Assembly (NCBI GenBank): GCA_040767085.1
Contig: JAXGPF010000010.1
Coordinates: 160,001-224,000, forward strand
Origin: Kiritimatiellia bacterium
GTDB lineage: Bacteria; Verrucomicrobiota; Kiritimatiellia; JAAZAB01
Direction of reading: 5' to 3'
Length of the DNA stretch: 64,000 nucleotides
Shown here: in pieces, positions 28,865 to 39,389 of the stretch
Numbering within the stretch: position 1 is the stretch's first letter
Layout: each line of letters opens with the position of its first letter
Program-made: the position numbers and the translations under genes
Notes under the pieces: model-generated
The model's database searches: none
What the model was told of the DNA's origin: nothing
The model's input: the letters and a program-made list of their open reading frames with translations, nothing else

Positions 28865-29242
28865 TCAAGCCTGGTTTTCCAGCGTCTTGCGCTGCATCAC
28901 GGCCAGGTAGCGGTCGGCTTCCTCCAGGCTGGAGAAAATCGCTTCCTTGGGCAGGGCGGCGGCGATTTCAAAAACCTTGGCGATCTGCGGCGGCAGCCGG
29001 ACCATCATAAAGCTCCGGTTCTGCGACTCCAGCGCCTTGCGCGCCTTGAAAATCAGCCGGAGCCCCATGCTGCTGATGTAATCCAGCCCGGACATGTCGC
29101 AAACCAGCACCCGGAATCCCGGCGCCGCCAGGGCGGGCAGGAGTTTTTGTTCGCACAGCGGCGCGGTGGCGGTGTCCAGCCGGCCGGACAGGGACACGAG
29201 GCAGCGGCCATTTTCGGGTTTGGCAATACGGATGTCAAACAT
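28865..29242 (-). CDS. STAS-domain anti-sigma factor antagonist
   Basis: LSGRLDTATA and LDYISSMGLR motifs. Confidence 0.9.
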   Translation of the reverse strand: MFDIRIAKPENGRCLVSLSGRLDTATAPLCEQKLLPALAAPGFRVLVCDMSGLDYISSMGLRLIFKARKALESQNRSFMMVRLPPQIAKVFEIAAALPKEAIFSSLEEADRYLAVMQRKTLENQA

Positions 29243-29402
29243 CTTCAGCTCCTTGTGGCTAGCGGGATTGGATGATTAAGCACAGCGGCAAATTATCACA
29301 AGCGTCTTCGGAATGCCAGCAAAATTGCAGAATTATCTTTTGTGTTTCGGCGGCGATGTGCTATGATCACTAATTAATTTTTCCAACCAAGGATCAAGGC
29401 GC

Positions 29403-30425
29403 ATGCGCGAAAATTACGCCGCGGAGTTGAATCGCAAAGATCTGGAATTGGACGTTAGCTTGCGGCCGGCGAAATTCCCGGATTTCATCGGACAGGTTAA
29501 AATCCGCGATCGGCTGGAGTTGTTTGTCGCTGCGGCGCGGGGCCGGAACGAGGTGCTGGACCACGTCCTGCTTTCCGGCCCCCCCGGCCTCGGCAAGACC
29601 ACGCTGGCCTACATCCTGGCGGATGCCATGGGCAGCAACGTGCGCGCCACTTCCGGCCCCGTGATCGACAAACCCGCCGACCTGGCCGGCATCCTCACCA
29701 GCATCGAGCCGGGGGATGTGGTGTTTATTGATGAAATCCACCGCATGCAGAAATCCGTGGAAGAGTACCTGTATTCCGCCATGGAAGATTTCGTGATTGA
29801 CATCATGCTGGACCAGGGCGCCAATGCCCGCGCGGTCCGCTTGAACCTTCCGCGTTTCACCCTGGTCGGCGCCACCACCCGCAGCGGCCTGCTTTCCGCT
29901 CCGCTGCGCTCCCGCTTCGGCCTGGCCTGCCGCCTGAATTATTACGGCCACGCGGATTTGCAGGCGATCGTGTTCCGGTCCGCCCGGCTGTTGAAGGTGG
30001 ATGTGGATGCGGACGGCGCGCTGGAAATCGCCGCGCGCGCCCGCGGCACGCCGCGCATCGCCAACAACCTGCTGCGGCGCGTCCGCGACTACGCGCAGAT
30101 ACGCGCGGACAATAAGGTCACCCGCCCGGTCGCCGACCGGGCGCTGGCGATGCTGGAGATTGACCGGTACGGCCTGGACGAGATGGATAAACGCCTGCTG
30201 GAAACGCTGGTGCATAAATTTTCCGGCGGCCCCGTGGGATTGAACTCGCTCGCCGTCTCCGTCGGAGAAGAGCCCGACACCATCGAGGAAGTTTACGAGC
30301 CTTACCTGATCCAGGAGGGATACCTGCAGCGCACACCCCAGGGGCGCCTGGCCACCGCCTTGTGTTACGAGCGGCTGGGTTTGCCCGCGCCGGGAGCGCG
30401 GTCCCGCCAGGGGGAATTGCTCTAA
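29403..30425 (+). CDS. ruvB: Holliday junction branch migration helicase RuvB
   Basis: [18 protein letters not shown] and RTPQGR motifs. Confidence 0.98.
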   Translation: MRENYAAELNRKDLELDVSLRPAKFPDFIGQVKIRDRLELFVAAARGRNEVLDHVLLSGPPGLGKTTLAYILADAMGSNVRATSGPVIDKPADLAGILTSIEPGDVVFIDEIHRMQKSVEEYLYSAMEDFVIDIMLDQGANARAVRLNLPRFTLVGATTRSGLLSAPLRSRFGLACRLNYYGHADLQAIVFRSARLLKVDVDADGALEIAARARGTPRIANNLLRRVRDYAQIRADNKVTRPVADRALAMLEIDRYGLDEMDKRLLETLVHKFSGGPVGLNSLAVSVGEEPDTIEEVYEPYLIQEGYLQRTPQGRLATALCYERLGLPAPGARSRQGELL

Positions 30426-30477
30426 CCGGCGGTTGCATTTTGATAGATACATAACCCGACATCCACGAGGTGAAATC

Positions 30478-32343
30478 ATGCCGAATAACAAACGCTCCAG
30501 CAAGTCCCAGCAGCCCGCCGCCGCCCGCGGCCCGCGCGGATTCGCCCCCGCGGCGCGCCGCCTGGCCGGCCATGTCCCGACTATCGCCATTACCCCGGTG
30601 GCCGACGGCCGCCCCGGCGCGTACGAATCCAACCTCGCCGGCACCTGGGGCATGGCGGATAAGGTCGCGCGCCTGATCCGCGAAAACGTGGTGCTGCCCG
30701 ATGGCACGCCCGTGCGGGTGGTCACGCCCCCGGAAATCGTTTACGGCGCGCGCACCGGCGCGCTGGCCCAGGAATATTACGCCCGCGAAGGCGTCAGCGC
30801 CAATATCTGGGTCAGCCGCTCCTGGGCCTACAGCGATGAATTGATGAGCGCCTGCCAGGGGCTTGGCAGCAGCGAATGGATTCAGGCCGCCTACGGCTTG
30901 AACCAGACTGACCGGCCGGGCGCGGTCTGGCTGAAGGCTTTTTGCGCGGCCATGGATGAAAAGGAACGGCCGATCTTTTCCATCTACAATCCGGACTTGG
31001 AGGCGGAAGACGGCGAATTGGCGCCCTACGTGCGCGAGCGCCTCCTGCGTTTCGCGCGCTGCGCCGCGGCGGTGGCGGAAATGCGCGGCAAAAACTACCT
31101 TTCGCTGGGCGGCGTCTCCATGGGCATCATCGGCGCGGATGTCCGGCGCAATACCTTCCTGCATTACCTGGGCATGGGCGCTGTTTCCGTGGACATGGTG
31201 GCCATCAAGGGCCGGATTGACCAGGGCTTCTATGACCACGAGGAGCTGGAGCGGGCCTTCCGCTTCCTCAAGGAAAACGCCACCTTCGAGTTCGGCGCCG
31301 GCGCGCGCCCATCGGCGCCCGACGAACTGCTGCGCACCAGCATCCTGATGACCATGATCACCCGGGACTTGATGATCGGCAATCCCAAACTGGCGGATGC
31401 GGCTTTTGCCAAGCGCCATGGCTTCAAGGTCAATGTCGAGCGCGCCCAGGGCGCGAACGCCATCGTTGCCGGCACCCAGGGCCAGCGGGCCTGGACCGAT
31501 TTGTATCCCAACTTCGACTTGACCGAAGCGCTCCTGAACAGTTCGTTCGACTGGAGCGGTGGGCGTCCCCCGTTTGTCGTGGCGACGGAAAACGATTCCA
31601 AAAACGCTATCGGCATGCTCGCGGCGCACCTGTTGACCGGGCTGCCCCAGTTGTTCGCCGATATCCGCACCAACTGGACCGCGGACAGCATCCGCCAGGC
31701 CACCGGGCATGATATTTCCAAGCTGGCCCCCGCCGGATTTATCGACAAGCGCAATTCCGGCGCCGGCGCGCTGGAATACGCGCTGGACCTACCCGGCCTG
31801 GCCGGCCGCGGTTGGACGATGCCGGCGATTGCCGCCCGCCTGCGGGATGACGCGGGCTTCCAGGCGCAAGTGGCCCGGGAAGCCTTCCGCCGCACGAAGT
31901 TCATCCATGCCGCCCTGGAATATTTCCCCGGCGACGGCCTGTCCAGCCATTACCGCACGCCGGGCGGCATTCCGGTTACGGCTTATCGCTATAACATGGT
32001 CGGCGAACGGTTGACCTGTTCCGTCGTGGAGGGCGATACGATTGACCTGCCGCCGGCCGTGGCCGAGCACGTCAACCGCGTCACCGATCCCACCTGGCCG
32101 GAAACCGCCTGGCGCCCGCGCGGCATGTCGTCCTTCGAATACATGACGCGCATCGGGCCGAACCACGACGGCAATTCCTTCGGCTGTATCGGCGCCGACA
32201 TGCTCACCTTGAACGCCATGCTGCGCATTCCGGTGGACCTGCATAACGTGGCGCCGGCAGACGTTTTCCGCCCGACGCTCTGGGACCGGTTCGGCGGAGA
32301 CGATTTCCGGGCCTGCGCCTTTTTGGGGCCGCTGTATCGTTAA
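30478..32343 (+). CDS. fucI: L-fucose isomerase-like protein
   Basis: RPGAVWL, SMGIIG, QGQRAWTD, ATENDS, FADIRT.W, PTWPET and LRIPV motifs. Confidence 0.85.
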   Translation: MPNNKRSSKSQQPAAARGPRGFAPAARRLAGHVPTIAITPVADGRPGAYESNLAGTWGMADKVARLIRENVVLPDGTPVRVVTPPEIVYGARTGALAQEYYAREGVSANIWVSRSWAYSDELMSACQGLGSSEWIQAAYGLNQTDRPGAVWLKAFCAAMDEKERPIFSIYNPDLEAEDGELAPYVRERLLRFARCAAAVAEMRGKNYLSLGGVSMGIIGADVRRNTFLHYLGMGAVSVDMVAIKGRIDQGFYDHEELERAFRFLKENATFEFGAGARPSAPDELLRTSILMTMITRDLMIGNPKLADAAFAKRHGFKVNVERAQGANAIVAGTQGQRAWTDLYPNFDLTEALLNSSFDWSGGRPPFVVATENDSKNAIGMLAAHLLTGLPQLFADIRTNWTADSIRQATGHDISKLAPAGFIDKRNSGAGALEYALDLPGLAGRGWTMPAIAARLRDDAGFQAQVAREAFRRTKFIHAALEYFPGDGLSSHYRTPGGIPVTAYRYNMVGERLTCSVVEGDTIDLPPAVAEHVNRVTDPTWPETAWRPRGMSSFEYMTRIGPNHDGNSFGCIGADMLTLNAMLRIPVDLHNVAPADVFRPTLWDRFGGDDFRACAFLGPLYR

Positions 32344-32367
32344 GTTTGGAACTGGCAAAACAACAGT

Positions 32368-33423
32368 ATGGCCATGACACCCGATAAGCCCGCGACATCC
32401 TTCACCTTTAAACTGGATGAAGCCCAGCAAATTCTGCTGATGGAAATCCTGCACGGCGGCAATTACCGCCCGGTGCCCATGGAATATACCCAGGCCGCCG
32501 CCGATGCCGATGGTTGCCGTGTGGCGCTGTACAACAGCGGCAAATGCCTGGTGCAGGGCAAAAAAGCCGCGGATTTCGTCCAGTTTGTCCTGGAGCCGCA
32601 GGTCCTGGGCGCCGTCCGGGTGGGGTACGAAAAAATCCTGGACGCCGCACATTATCAGCCGCACATGGGCGTGGATGAAAGCGGGAAAGGCGACTTTTTC
32701 GGGCCGCTGGTGATTGCCGCCGCTTATGCCGACCGGTCCTTGGCCGAGCGGATGCAGACCATGGGCGTGCGCGACAGCAAGCGCATCACCAGCGATAAGC
32801 GCCTGCTGGAAATTGCGCGCGACCTCCGGCAATTGCTGGGGCGGCGCTACAGCCTGGTGCGCATCGGTCCGGCGGCTTATAACCGCCTCTACGCCAAGAT
32901 GCGGAGCGTCAACCGCATTCTGGCCTGGGGCCATGCCCGCGCCATCGAAAACCTGCTGACGGTGACCCCGGATTGCCCGCGCGCGGTTTCCGACCAGTTC
33001 GGCAGCCAGCAGCAGGTCTTGCGCGCCCTGATGGGCAAGGGGCGCAAAATTAAACTCGAACAAATGCATCGCGCCGAATCCGATCCGGCCGTCGCCGCCG
33101 CGTCCATCCTGGCGCGCGCAGATTTCTTGACTGCACTGCGGGAGATGGGCGAAAAGGCCGGCGTCAAATTCCCCAAAGGCGCATCCGCCGCCGTGGTCGC
33201 CGCCGCGGGCGAGTTGGCGGACAAACATGGTCCGGCCGCCTTGGTGCAAAATGCCAAATGCCATTTCCGCACCGCGGATGTGGTGTTGCAAGCGCGCGCC
33301 CTGACCCGCGCCGTGCTCGGGCCGGATGGGCAGGCGCAATCACAGGCGCAGCGGGATGCCGAAGCCGGCAAAGGCCCCTCCGGCGGACGTTTTCATCAGG
33401 CACATAAGGGCAAAGGCACATAG
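32368..33423 (+). CDS. rnhC: Ribonuclease HIII
   Basis: N-terminal TBP-like domain (YNSGK.LVQGK), GVDESGKGDFFGP, DSK, DQF and AAASILAR motifs. Confidence 0.93.
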   Translation: MAMTPDKPATSFTFKLDEAQQILLMEILHGGNYRPVPMEYTQAAADADGCRVALYNSGKCLVQGKKAADFVQFVLEPQVLGAVRVGYEKILDAAHYQPHMGVDESGKGDFFGPLVIAAAYADRSLAERMQTMGVRDSKRITSDKRLLEIARDLRQLLGRRYSLVRIGPAAYNRLYAKMRSVNRILAWGHARAIENLLTVTPDCPRAVSDQFGSQQQVLRALMGKGRKIKLEQMHRAESDPAVAAASILARADFLTALREMGEKAGVKFPKGASAAVVAAAGELADKHGPAALVQNAKCHFRTADVVLQARALTRAVLGPDGQAQSQAQRDAEAGKGPSGGRFHQAHKGKGT

Positions 33424-33476
33424 GGGCGGATTGCCAGGGGCACGAACACAGAGGGGCAGAGGGGCAGATGGGCAAA
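33399..33476 (-). repeat. 8-mer GGGCAGAG/GGCACATA repeat run (reverse of the CCTYTGCC family)
   Basis: GGCACATAAGGGCAAAGGCACATAGGGG...GAGGGGCAGAGGGGCAGATGGGCAAA; overlaps the rnhC stop codon. Confidence 0.65.
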
Positions 33477-33487
33477 CAGGTTGATCC

Positions 33488-33544
33488 AATTTCAAAAGTC
33501 GTCTCCTGCCACCTTGCGTGGCAGGAACGCCAGGTTGTGCAAAA
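33488..33544 (+). repeat. Half copy of the MITE-like element at 41825
   Basis: AATTTCAAAAGTCG..CCTGCCACCTTGCGTGGCAGGA...AGGTT.TGCAAAA is shared with 41824-41880. Confidence 0.85.
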
Positions 33545-33580
33545 ATTTTTGATTGCCGGTTTGCCGGCGGAAAGGACACC

Positions 33581-34501
33581 ATGATCAGAATTGGAGCAGT
33601 CAATCCGGACACTTCGCACTTCGGCACGTTTGCCAAGTACCTGCATGCCGGCTACCGCGCCCGCTACACCGCCATTTACAACGACGGCATCCGCGACGAT
33701 GCGGCGATCGACAAGTTCATCGCCGATTTCCAGCTGGAAAAACGCTGCCGCACGCTGGATGAACTGGCCGATGGCGTGGATGTGGCATTCATCCATAGCT
33801 GCAACTGGGCGCAGCACCTGCGCCTGGCCGAGCCGTTCGTCAAAAAAGGCAAGCCGGTGTTTATTGACAAGCCGATCGTTGGCTCGCTGGCTGATTGCCG
33901 GAAACTGGAAGCCCTGGCGCGGCAGGGCGCCGTCATCCTGGGCAGTTCCTCCCTGCGGTATTGCGACGAGGTGCGCGATTTCCTGGCCAAGCCGGAATCC
34001 GAGCGCGGTCAGACTGTCAGTATCATCGGCACCGTCGGCACGGATGAATTCAACTATGGCATCCACGTGGTGGAAATGATCGGCGGGCTGGCGGGCACGG
34101 GCGCGGTGGCCTGCCGCTGCGTGGGCAGCGGCGAGGCGGGGGGACGCCGTTGCGAGACTTTTTTCGTCCGTTTTGCCTCCGGTGTGACCGCCGTTTACAA
34201 CAACTTCCACGAAGTCTGGCACCCGGTCACGGCCACCATCATGACCACGAAGACCACTTTCCAGTTCACCGTCAATACCGGCCGGCTTTATGCGGCTTTG
34301 CTGGACCAGGTGCTCGATCGGATGGAAAACAAGCCCAACGCCCTGGCGGATATCCCGGCGCTGGTGGAGTCGGTGGCGATCATGCTGGCCGGCCGCCTGT
34401 CGCGCGCCCGCGGCGGCATTGAAGTGAAGTTGGCGGATATTCCCGTCGATGATCCCGGATTCGACGGCGCCGCCTTCGAAAAGTTTTACGCCAAGCGCTG
34501 A
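33581..34501 (+). CDS. Gfo/Idh/MocA family oxidoreductase
   Basis: DTSH, GKPVFIDKP, SSLRY and YGIH motifs. Confidence 0.85.
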   Translation: MIRIGAVNPDTSHFGTFAKYLHAGYRARYTAIYNDGIRDDAAIDKFIADFQLEKRCRTLDELADGVDVAFIHSCNWAQHLRLAEPFVKKGKPVFIDKPIVGSLADCRKLEALARQGAVILGSSSLRYCDEVRDFLAKPESERGQTVSIIGTVGTDEFNYGIHVVEMIGGLAGTGAVACRCVGSGEAGGRRCETFFVRFASGVTAVYNNFHEVWHPVTATIMTTKTTFQFTVNTGRLYAALLDQVLDRMENKPNALADIPALVESVAIMLAGRLSRARGGIEVKLADIPVDDPGFDGAAFEKFYAKR

Positions 34502-34512
34502 AAAGGACCGAA

Positions 34513-35805
34513 ATGATAACCATTAAACAGGCCGCTGACAATTTCGAACGCGAACCATTGAAGGCGCCATTCGGATTCAAGGGCGGGTATGTCGGGGAAT
34601 TGTGGCAGACGGCGGCATGCCTGGCGGATGACGCCGGGCATAACGGGGTAGGGTTGGGGACGCAAAGCATCCTCTGGTCCGACGCCGCCGTGTTCACCGC
34701 CCATTCGGAAGCGGCGGGGAACTGCCTGATGTATATGATGACCGCCTTCGCCTTGCGGCGCGCCGCCGGCATGTCTTTTGACACCCCGCTGGACCTGCTG
34801 GACCGCCTGCTGCCGGAAACCCATGCCTACGGCCAGAAACTGAGCGGCCGCCGGGATTTGCGTTTGACTTTCGCTTTGAACGCGCTGGTGGCCGTGGATA
34901 ACGCCGCCTGGCAGCTTTACGCCGCCGTCAACGGCTGCCGCGATTTCGACGATATGCTCCCGGCGGAATTCCGGCCGGCCCTGTCGGCCCGGCACACGCA
35001 GGTCGCCTGCATCCCCTTGCTCTCCTACGGCGTCCCGCTGCCCGAAATCCAGCGGACGGTCCAGGACGGCTTTTTCTTCTTCAAGATCAAAATCGGATGC
35101 GACCCGGAAGGCGATGGCGACCGTGCAAAGATGCTGGCCTGGGACATGCGCCGGCTGACGGAAATCCATGGCGCCTTGAAGGAATTGACGACACCGCACA
35201 CGCAAAATGGCCGCATCCCGTATTACCTCGACGCCAACGGCCGGTATGACAGCAAGGACCGCCTTTGCCGTTTGCTGGATCATGCCGCCAAAATCGGCGC
35301 TCTGGAGCGCATCGTCCTGCTGGAAGAGCCATTCCCGGAAGAACTGGAACTGGATGTGCGCGATCTGCCGGTGCGGCTGGCGGCCGATGAAAGCGCCCAT
35401 TCCGCCGCAGATGCGCGCCGCCGGATGGATATGGGGTACGGCGCCATCGCCCTGAAACCGATCGCCAAGACCTTAAGCATGAGCTTGCGCATCGCCCGCC
35501 TGGCGGCGGAACGCCGCGTGCCTTGTTTTTGCGCGGATTTGACCGTCAATCCCATACTGGTGGATTGGAACAAAAACGTGGCCGCCCGCCTGGCACCGCT
35601 GCCGGAATTGTCCATCGGCGTGCTGGAGACCAACGGCCATCAGAATTACCGCCATTGGGCCGACATGGCGCGGCGGCATCCCTGCCGCGGCGCGCCCTGG
35701 ACCGCGCCGGTGCGCGGCGTGTTTGATCTGGGCGATGATTTTTACCGCCGCAGCGGCGGTATTTTCATGGCCAGCCAGCATTACGCCGGCTTGGTGGGGG
35801 CTTGA
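34513..35805 (+). CDS. Enolase superfamily protein (L-Ala-D/L-Glu epimerase-like)
   Basis: KIK, YLDANG, LEEP, ADES and ALKP motifs. Confidence 0.8.
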   Translation: MITIKQAADNFEREPLKAPFGFKGGYVGELWQTAACLADDAGHNGVGLGTQSILWSDAAVFTAHSEAAGNCLMYMMTAFALRRAAGMSFDTPLDLLDRLLPETHAYGQKLSGRRDLRLTFALNALVAVDNAAWQLYAAVNGCRDFDDMLPAEFRPALSARHTQVACIPLLSYGVPLPEIQRTVQDGFFFFKIKIGCDPEGDGDRAKMLAWDMRRLTEIHGALKELTTPHTQNGRIPYYLDANGRYDSKDRLCRLLDHAAKIGALERIVLLEEPFPEELELDVRDLPVRLAADESAHSAADARRRMDMGYGAIALKPIAKTLSMSLRIARLAAERRVPCFCADLTVNPILVDWNKNVAARLAPLPELSIGVLETNGHQNYRHWADMARRHPCRGAPWTAPVRGVFDLGDDFYRRSGGIFMASQHYAGLVGA

Positions 35806-36293
35806 TCCGGCCCGGCTTTGCGCTGCCGGGGTTCCGCCTCGGCGCGGCCGGGGGCGGGGGCGTCGGGCTCGCTTTCGGTTTTCAGGGAAGTAATGTCCTG
35901 CATGGTCTCCGCCATGCAGTCCGGGCACAGCCCGTGGGAAAATGACAGCAGCGAATTGTCGCTGATGTAATCTTCGATCAATTGCCAGGAAGTATCGTTG
36001 ATGCGCACCCGGTGGCACTTGGCGCAGACCGAGATCAGGGTGCTCAGGATGCGTTTTTGCTGGACGTAGGTGTTGCCCACGGCAACGATCGCCGTAAATA
36101 AAACCGCCGCGGTCAGCACACAACCGCGCACGAGCGTGGAGTCGTCCGGCGATTCGCCGAAATAAAAACCGGAAATATCGCGTAACTCATTCACCCAGAT
36201 CAGAAGCAGCAGCATGACAAAGGTCAACATCTGCCACAAGCCGATATACGCAAACGGATCGCGCGGCAGGTGGATGGTGTGAGATTTTTTCAT
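35781..36293 (-). CDS. Hypothetical two-TM membrane protein with C-terminal CxxC...SHGLCPDC zinc-binding domain
   Basis: Two hydrophobic segments followed by VCAKCHRVR...W..IEDYI...FSHGLCPDC. Confidence 0.75.
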   Translation of the reverse strand: MKKSHTIHLPRDPFAYIGLWQMLTFVMLLLLIWVNELRDISGFYFGESPDDSTLVRGCVLTAAVLFTAIVAVGNTYVQQKRILSTLISVCAKCHRVRINDTSWQLIEDYISDNSLLSFSHGLCPDCMAETMQDITSLKTESEPDAPAPGRAEAEPRQRKAGPDQAPTKPA

Positions 36294-36431
36294 GTCCGGA
36301 TTCCTGGTGCGTGTGGCCGCCGCGGCGGGCGTGCCATGCCGATCCTTATTTGCCTCTATTGTATAGATCTTGTCCGGCGCTTGCAAAGAATATTTTTTAA
36401 AAATATCCGCTGGGTCGGGTTGCATAGGATA

Positions 36432-36596
36432 AGCCGTGGCGAAAGACGCGCGTTCCCGGCGTGTTTTTAAATAACGCAAAAACGCCACAATAGACCGGCG
36501 ATACCGTTCCCGGGCGCCGGTATCCAAAGTCTGCTCGCCGGCCAGCCCGGTATTCCAATCCGCAAACGACACCGGAGTATTGCTGACCTCAGCCAT
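36432..36596 (-). pseudogene. intI: Probable 5' remnant of an integron integrase (PVC-type N-terminal extension)
   Basis: PVSFADW...ERYRRSIVAFLRYLK resembles the N-terminal extension I recall from Verrucomicrobia-type IntI. Strong RBS AGGAGG; divergent from cassette-like genes and an attC. Confidence 0.55.
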
Positions 36597-37055
36597 CAAT
36601 TCCTCCTGATATGCGGGCGTATAACAATTCTTTATTACTATGTCGATAAAATAAATTCACGCCTGTCAATTTAGAATCAGCCGCGTAAAACCTTGCCGTC
36701 GAAATCAAATTAGTATCATATTTCCTGAATTTTGCACCGCGCAAGTTTGGCGCAGGGCAAGGCGGCGAGGGTGATGGTGTATTCTTATACATGGAACCCT
36801 TGCCAACGCTGCCCCGCGCCAAAATCGCGCGGCCGGCTGCCGGCGAATATTGGCGTTTCCGGATACTATGCTCGCGTAACCATATGGGTGACATCATTTA
36901 ACCGTGCAAAATTTAATTTGCATGCTCTATGATTGCTTCAAATCATTTCAACGCCAATATTCGCGCAAAATTCAGGTATTTGCATGTTAACAAAAAAGAT
37001 AGTATCCAATGCCAAAGGTGTTTTCCATTCTTGTTTGTTGCAAAAAATATATTCC

Positions 37056-38441
37056 TGTTCGTAACAAGTCAAGTGTCCGCTTTTTGTAACAAGTGATCTG
37101 TCCGATTTGTTATTGTGTGTTGTTGCTCCTGGGGTGAGGATTTTCCTCCCCCGCGGGGGAGGAAAAAGTTTATGCGACGTCCTCCAGCGACGCCGAAATG
37201 TTCAACGGTCCTTGGTAGCGGCCAACCACATGCGGGCCATAACGGATGGACACCGTGCCATCGAGGTGCTCGCAGACTTTAACCCGGCACTTGGCGAAGC
37301 TGAAACGCCATTTTGATGGTCCAATCTGCAAGCGGCGACTCCCGACAGCCACGGTATTGTCATTTTGAACCTCTCGCGCATGCTGCACACAGAAAATGCT
37401 GTCCAAATCCTGCTCACCGCAAGGCACGAAACACGTTCCTGTTTCCCGCGCCTTCACCTTCATGTTGCGATTGAAGGAAGGCAGAAACTGTTGTTGAATA
37501 TAGACGTTGGCCTCGGCCATCGTCCGGATTCCCGCCTGCCTTAATTCCTGCGGCAGGCGCCCTTGCCAGGTCTTAAACATCCGCTCTATTCGCCCACGTC
37601 CCTGGGGGCTATAGCTCGGAATATGTTCGATCCCCAACTGTTGCAACGCCCGTCCAATTTGCGTCAATTGACGCCGGTCCACCGCCCCGCCTTCTTTGGG
37701 CGTATAAAAGAAATGACTGCCACGATCCGTGTACAGACTGCAGAAAACCCCATGTTTAATAATGACTTCTTTCAACCCCTTCATCACCGTTAATGTCCCT
37801 TCCTGGGGCACAAGATAGGCCGTGTAGACTTCGCTGGTGGCATCGTCCATCACCAGGATCAGATCCTGCTTCTGGCCCGCCAGCAGGGGCAACCAGGCAT
37901 GGGTGCTGCCATCCACCATCAACATCATCCCCGCCATTGGTCGCCGTTCCCGCTGCTGCCGATGCGGCCCTCGTTTCCGGGCCTTCGCCACCAACCCGGC
38001 CGTCTGCAAGGCGCTCTTGACCCACTGATAACTGAGCTCGATCCCATGCTCCGCCTGCAGCTTCTCGTGAAAATGCCTCACATTGAAATCCATGTATTCT
38101 TCTCGGTACAACCTCAGCACCTGCTTCACCGTCGCAAGGGGCACGCGCCGCGGCCCCGGTATCTTCCGCCGACGATCCAGCAGCCCGTCGTAACCATACC
38201 GCTCGTAGCGCCCTTTCCAGCGCCGCATGGTCCGGTAGCTCACACCTAGTATCTCCGCCGCCTCCCACCACATTAACCGCCCTTCAATCGCACGCAAGAT
38301 CACTTCCTGTACCTTCATTGCCCGCTCCAGTGCTGCCTTCGGATATTCATCCATATAACCCCCCTTTGAATGCACCATCCTGACAGCTTTAAGCGGACAA
38401 ATCATTTGTTAATTATGCGGCCAAGTCATTTGTTTACGACA
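37056..38441 (-). mobile_element. IS1202/ISNCY-type insertion sequence, copy 1 (1386 bp, no target duplication)
   Basis: Ends TGTTCGTAACAAG... and ...TTGTTTACGACA; reverse complement of 52410-53795; flanks do not match each other. Confidence 0.92.
37170..38354 (-). CDS. DDE transposase (IS1202/ISNCY type)
   Basis: HTH N-terminus, DGSTHAW, DDAT, YTDRGS and SPQGRGRIER motifs. Confidence 0.93.
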   Translation of the reverse strand: MDEYPKAALERAMKVQEVILRAIEGRLMWWEAAEILGVSYRTMRRWKGRYERYGYDGLLDRRRKIPGPRRVPLATVKQVLRLYREEYMDFNVRHFHEKLQAEHGIELSYQWVKSALQTAGLVAKARKRGPHRQQRERRPMAGMMLMVDGSTHAWLPLLAGQKQDLILVMDDATSEVYTAYLVPQEGTLTVMKGLKEVIIKHGVFCSLYTDRGSHFFYTPKEGGAVDRRQLTQIGRALQQLGIEHIPSYSPQGRGRIERMFKTWQGRLPQELRQAGIRTMAEANVYIQQQFLPSFNRNMKVKARETGTCFVPCGEQDLDSIFCVQHAREVQNDNTVAVGSRRLQIGPSKWRFSFAKCRVKVCEHLDGTVSIRYGPHVVGRYQGPLNISASLEDVA

Positions 38442-38988
38442 GGAATTCCTGTGGCAGTTGCTCTTCCTCTTGCCCCTCCTCGCCATCTTTTGTGTGTGGC
38501 ATGCCAGAAGCGTCACGAGGAACCGTACGATCCAAGGCCTCATATCGGCCCACTTGATCGTCGTGGCTGCTATTCCCGTCGTTATCAAGATCGGTGATGT
38601 TGTCCTGGAACTCATTCCCTATCATTTCTTCAAAGAGCTGTTCGGCCTGCTTGAGCGGCTTCATATAATCGCGCTGTGGCATTACTTGGTGATCGTACTG
38701 GCTGTTGCTGTCGTTTTGTTTGCTGTTTTCATCATCCAGAAAAAGATATTCGACAAGGCTCGACTCTACGAGAAACGGCTCTCCAAGGGCGCGTGCTATG
38801 CGTGCGGAAAGAAGCTCCCGGCGAAGAATTCAGGGGCGTGCCCGTTCTGCGGAGAAAAGCAACTACGGCGATGCACACGATGCGGCGTCGAAACGTATAT
38901 CACCGGTGTCTATTGTATGCAATGCGGACAAGAACAGACAGCCCAACAACCGCAGGCAACGGGCACAGGCAGGGGGGCGGTCGTATAA
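38442..38988 (+). pseudogene. 5'-truncated membrane protein with double zinc ribbon (integron cassette remnant)
   Basis: Frame is open right up to the IS end (EFLWQLLFLLPL...); three TM segments plus CYAC/CPFC/CTRC/CMQC; ends in R''-like GCCCAAC (38941). Confidence 0.65.
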
Positions 38989-39006
38989 AATGATAATACG
39001 CTTCGA

Positions 39007-39387
39007 GTGATACATGCGTTGCAAGTTTTGGATTACTGCATTGCACGTTCCCAAGGCAATGCTGAGCCTTGGTTCGGCCCGGAGCGCGTTACGGAGGAGT
39101 TGCGAATGCGTCTGGAGGAAGTGCCCATTGAGACGGAGGTGTTTGTTGGCTCTCTGGTGGACGCCTGTCCATGGTCGGATTTCGTCACTGCGTATTGGCA
39201 GAAAGGGATGTTCGCCACCAAAATCGGTTGGCCATCGGTCATGCCATGTGTTCGTCTGTCAGATGGCGCCATCCTCAAACGGAATGCGCAGCGTCTCGGA
39301 TTGTATCTCACACCCAACGATCCAAGGGCTTTCATTCATCGGCTGTCTGAACTCGCTCCCGGCTTAACAAAGGAAATGATCATATAG
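39007..39387 (+). CDS. Hypothetical protein, probable gene cassette (possibly 5'-truncated)
   Basis: Codon usage unlike the backbone; stop is immediately followed by an attC-like site. Confidence 0.55.
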   Translation: MIHALQVLDYCIARSQGNAEPWFGPERVTEELRMRLEEVPIETEVFVGSLVDACPWSDFVTAYWQKGMFATKIGWPSVMPCVRLSDGAILKRNAQRLGLYLTPNDPRAFIHRLSELAPGLTKEMII

Positions 39388-39389
39388 AT

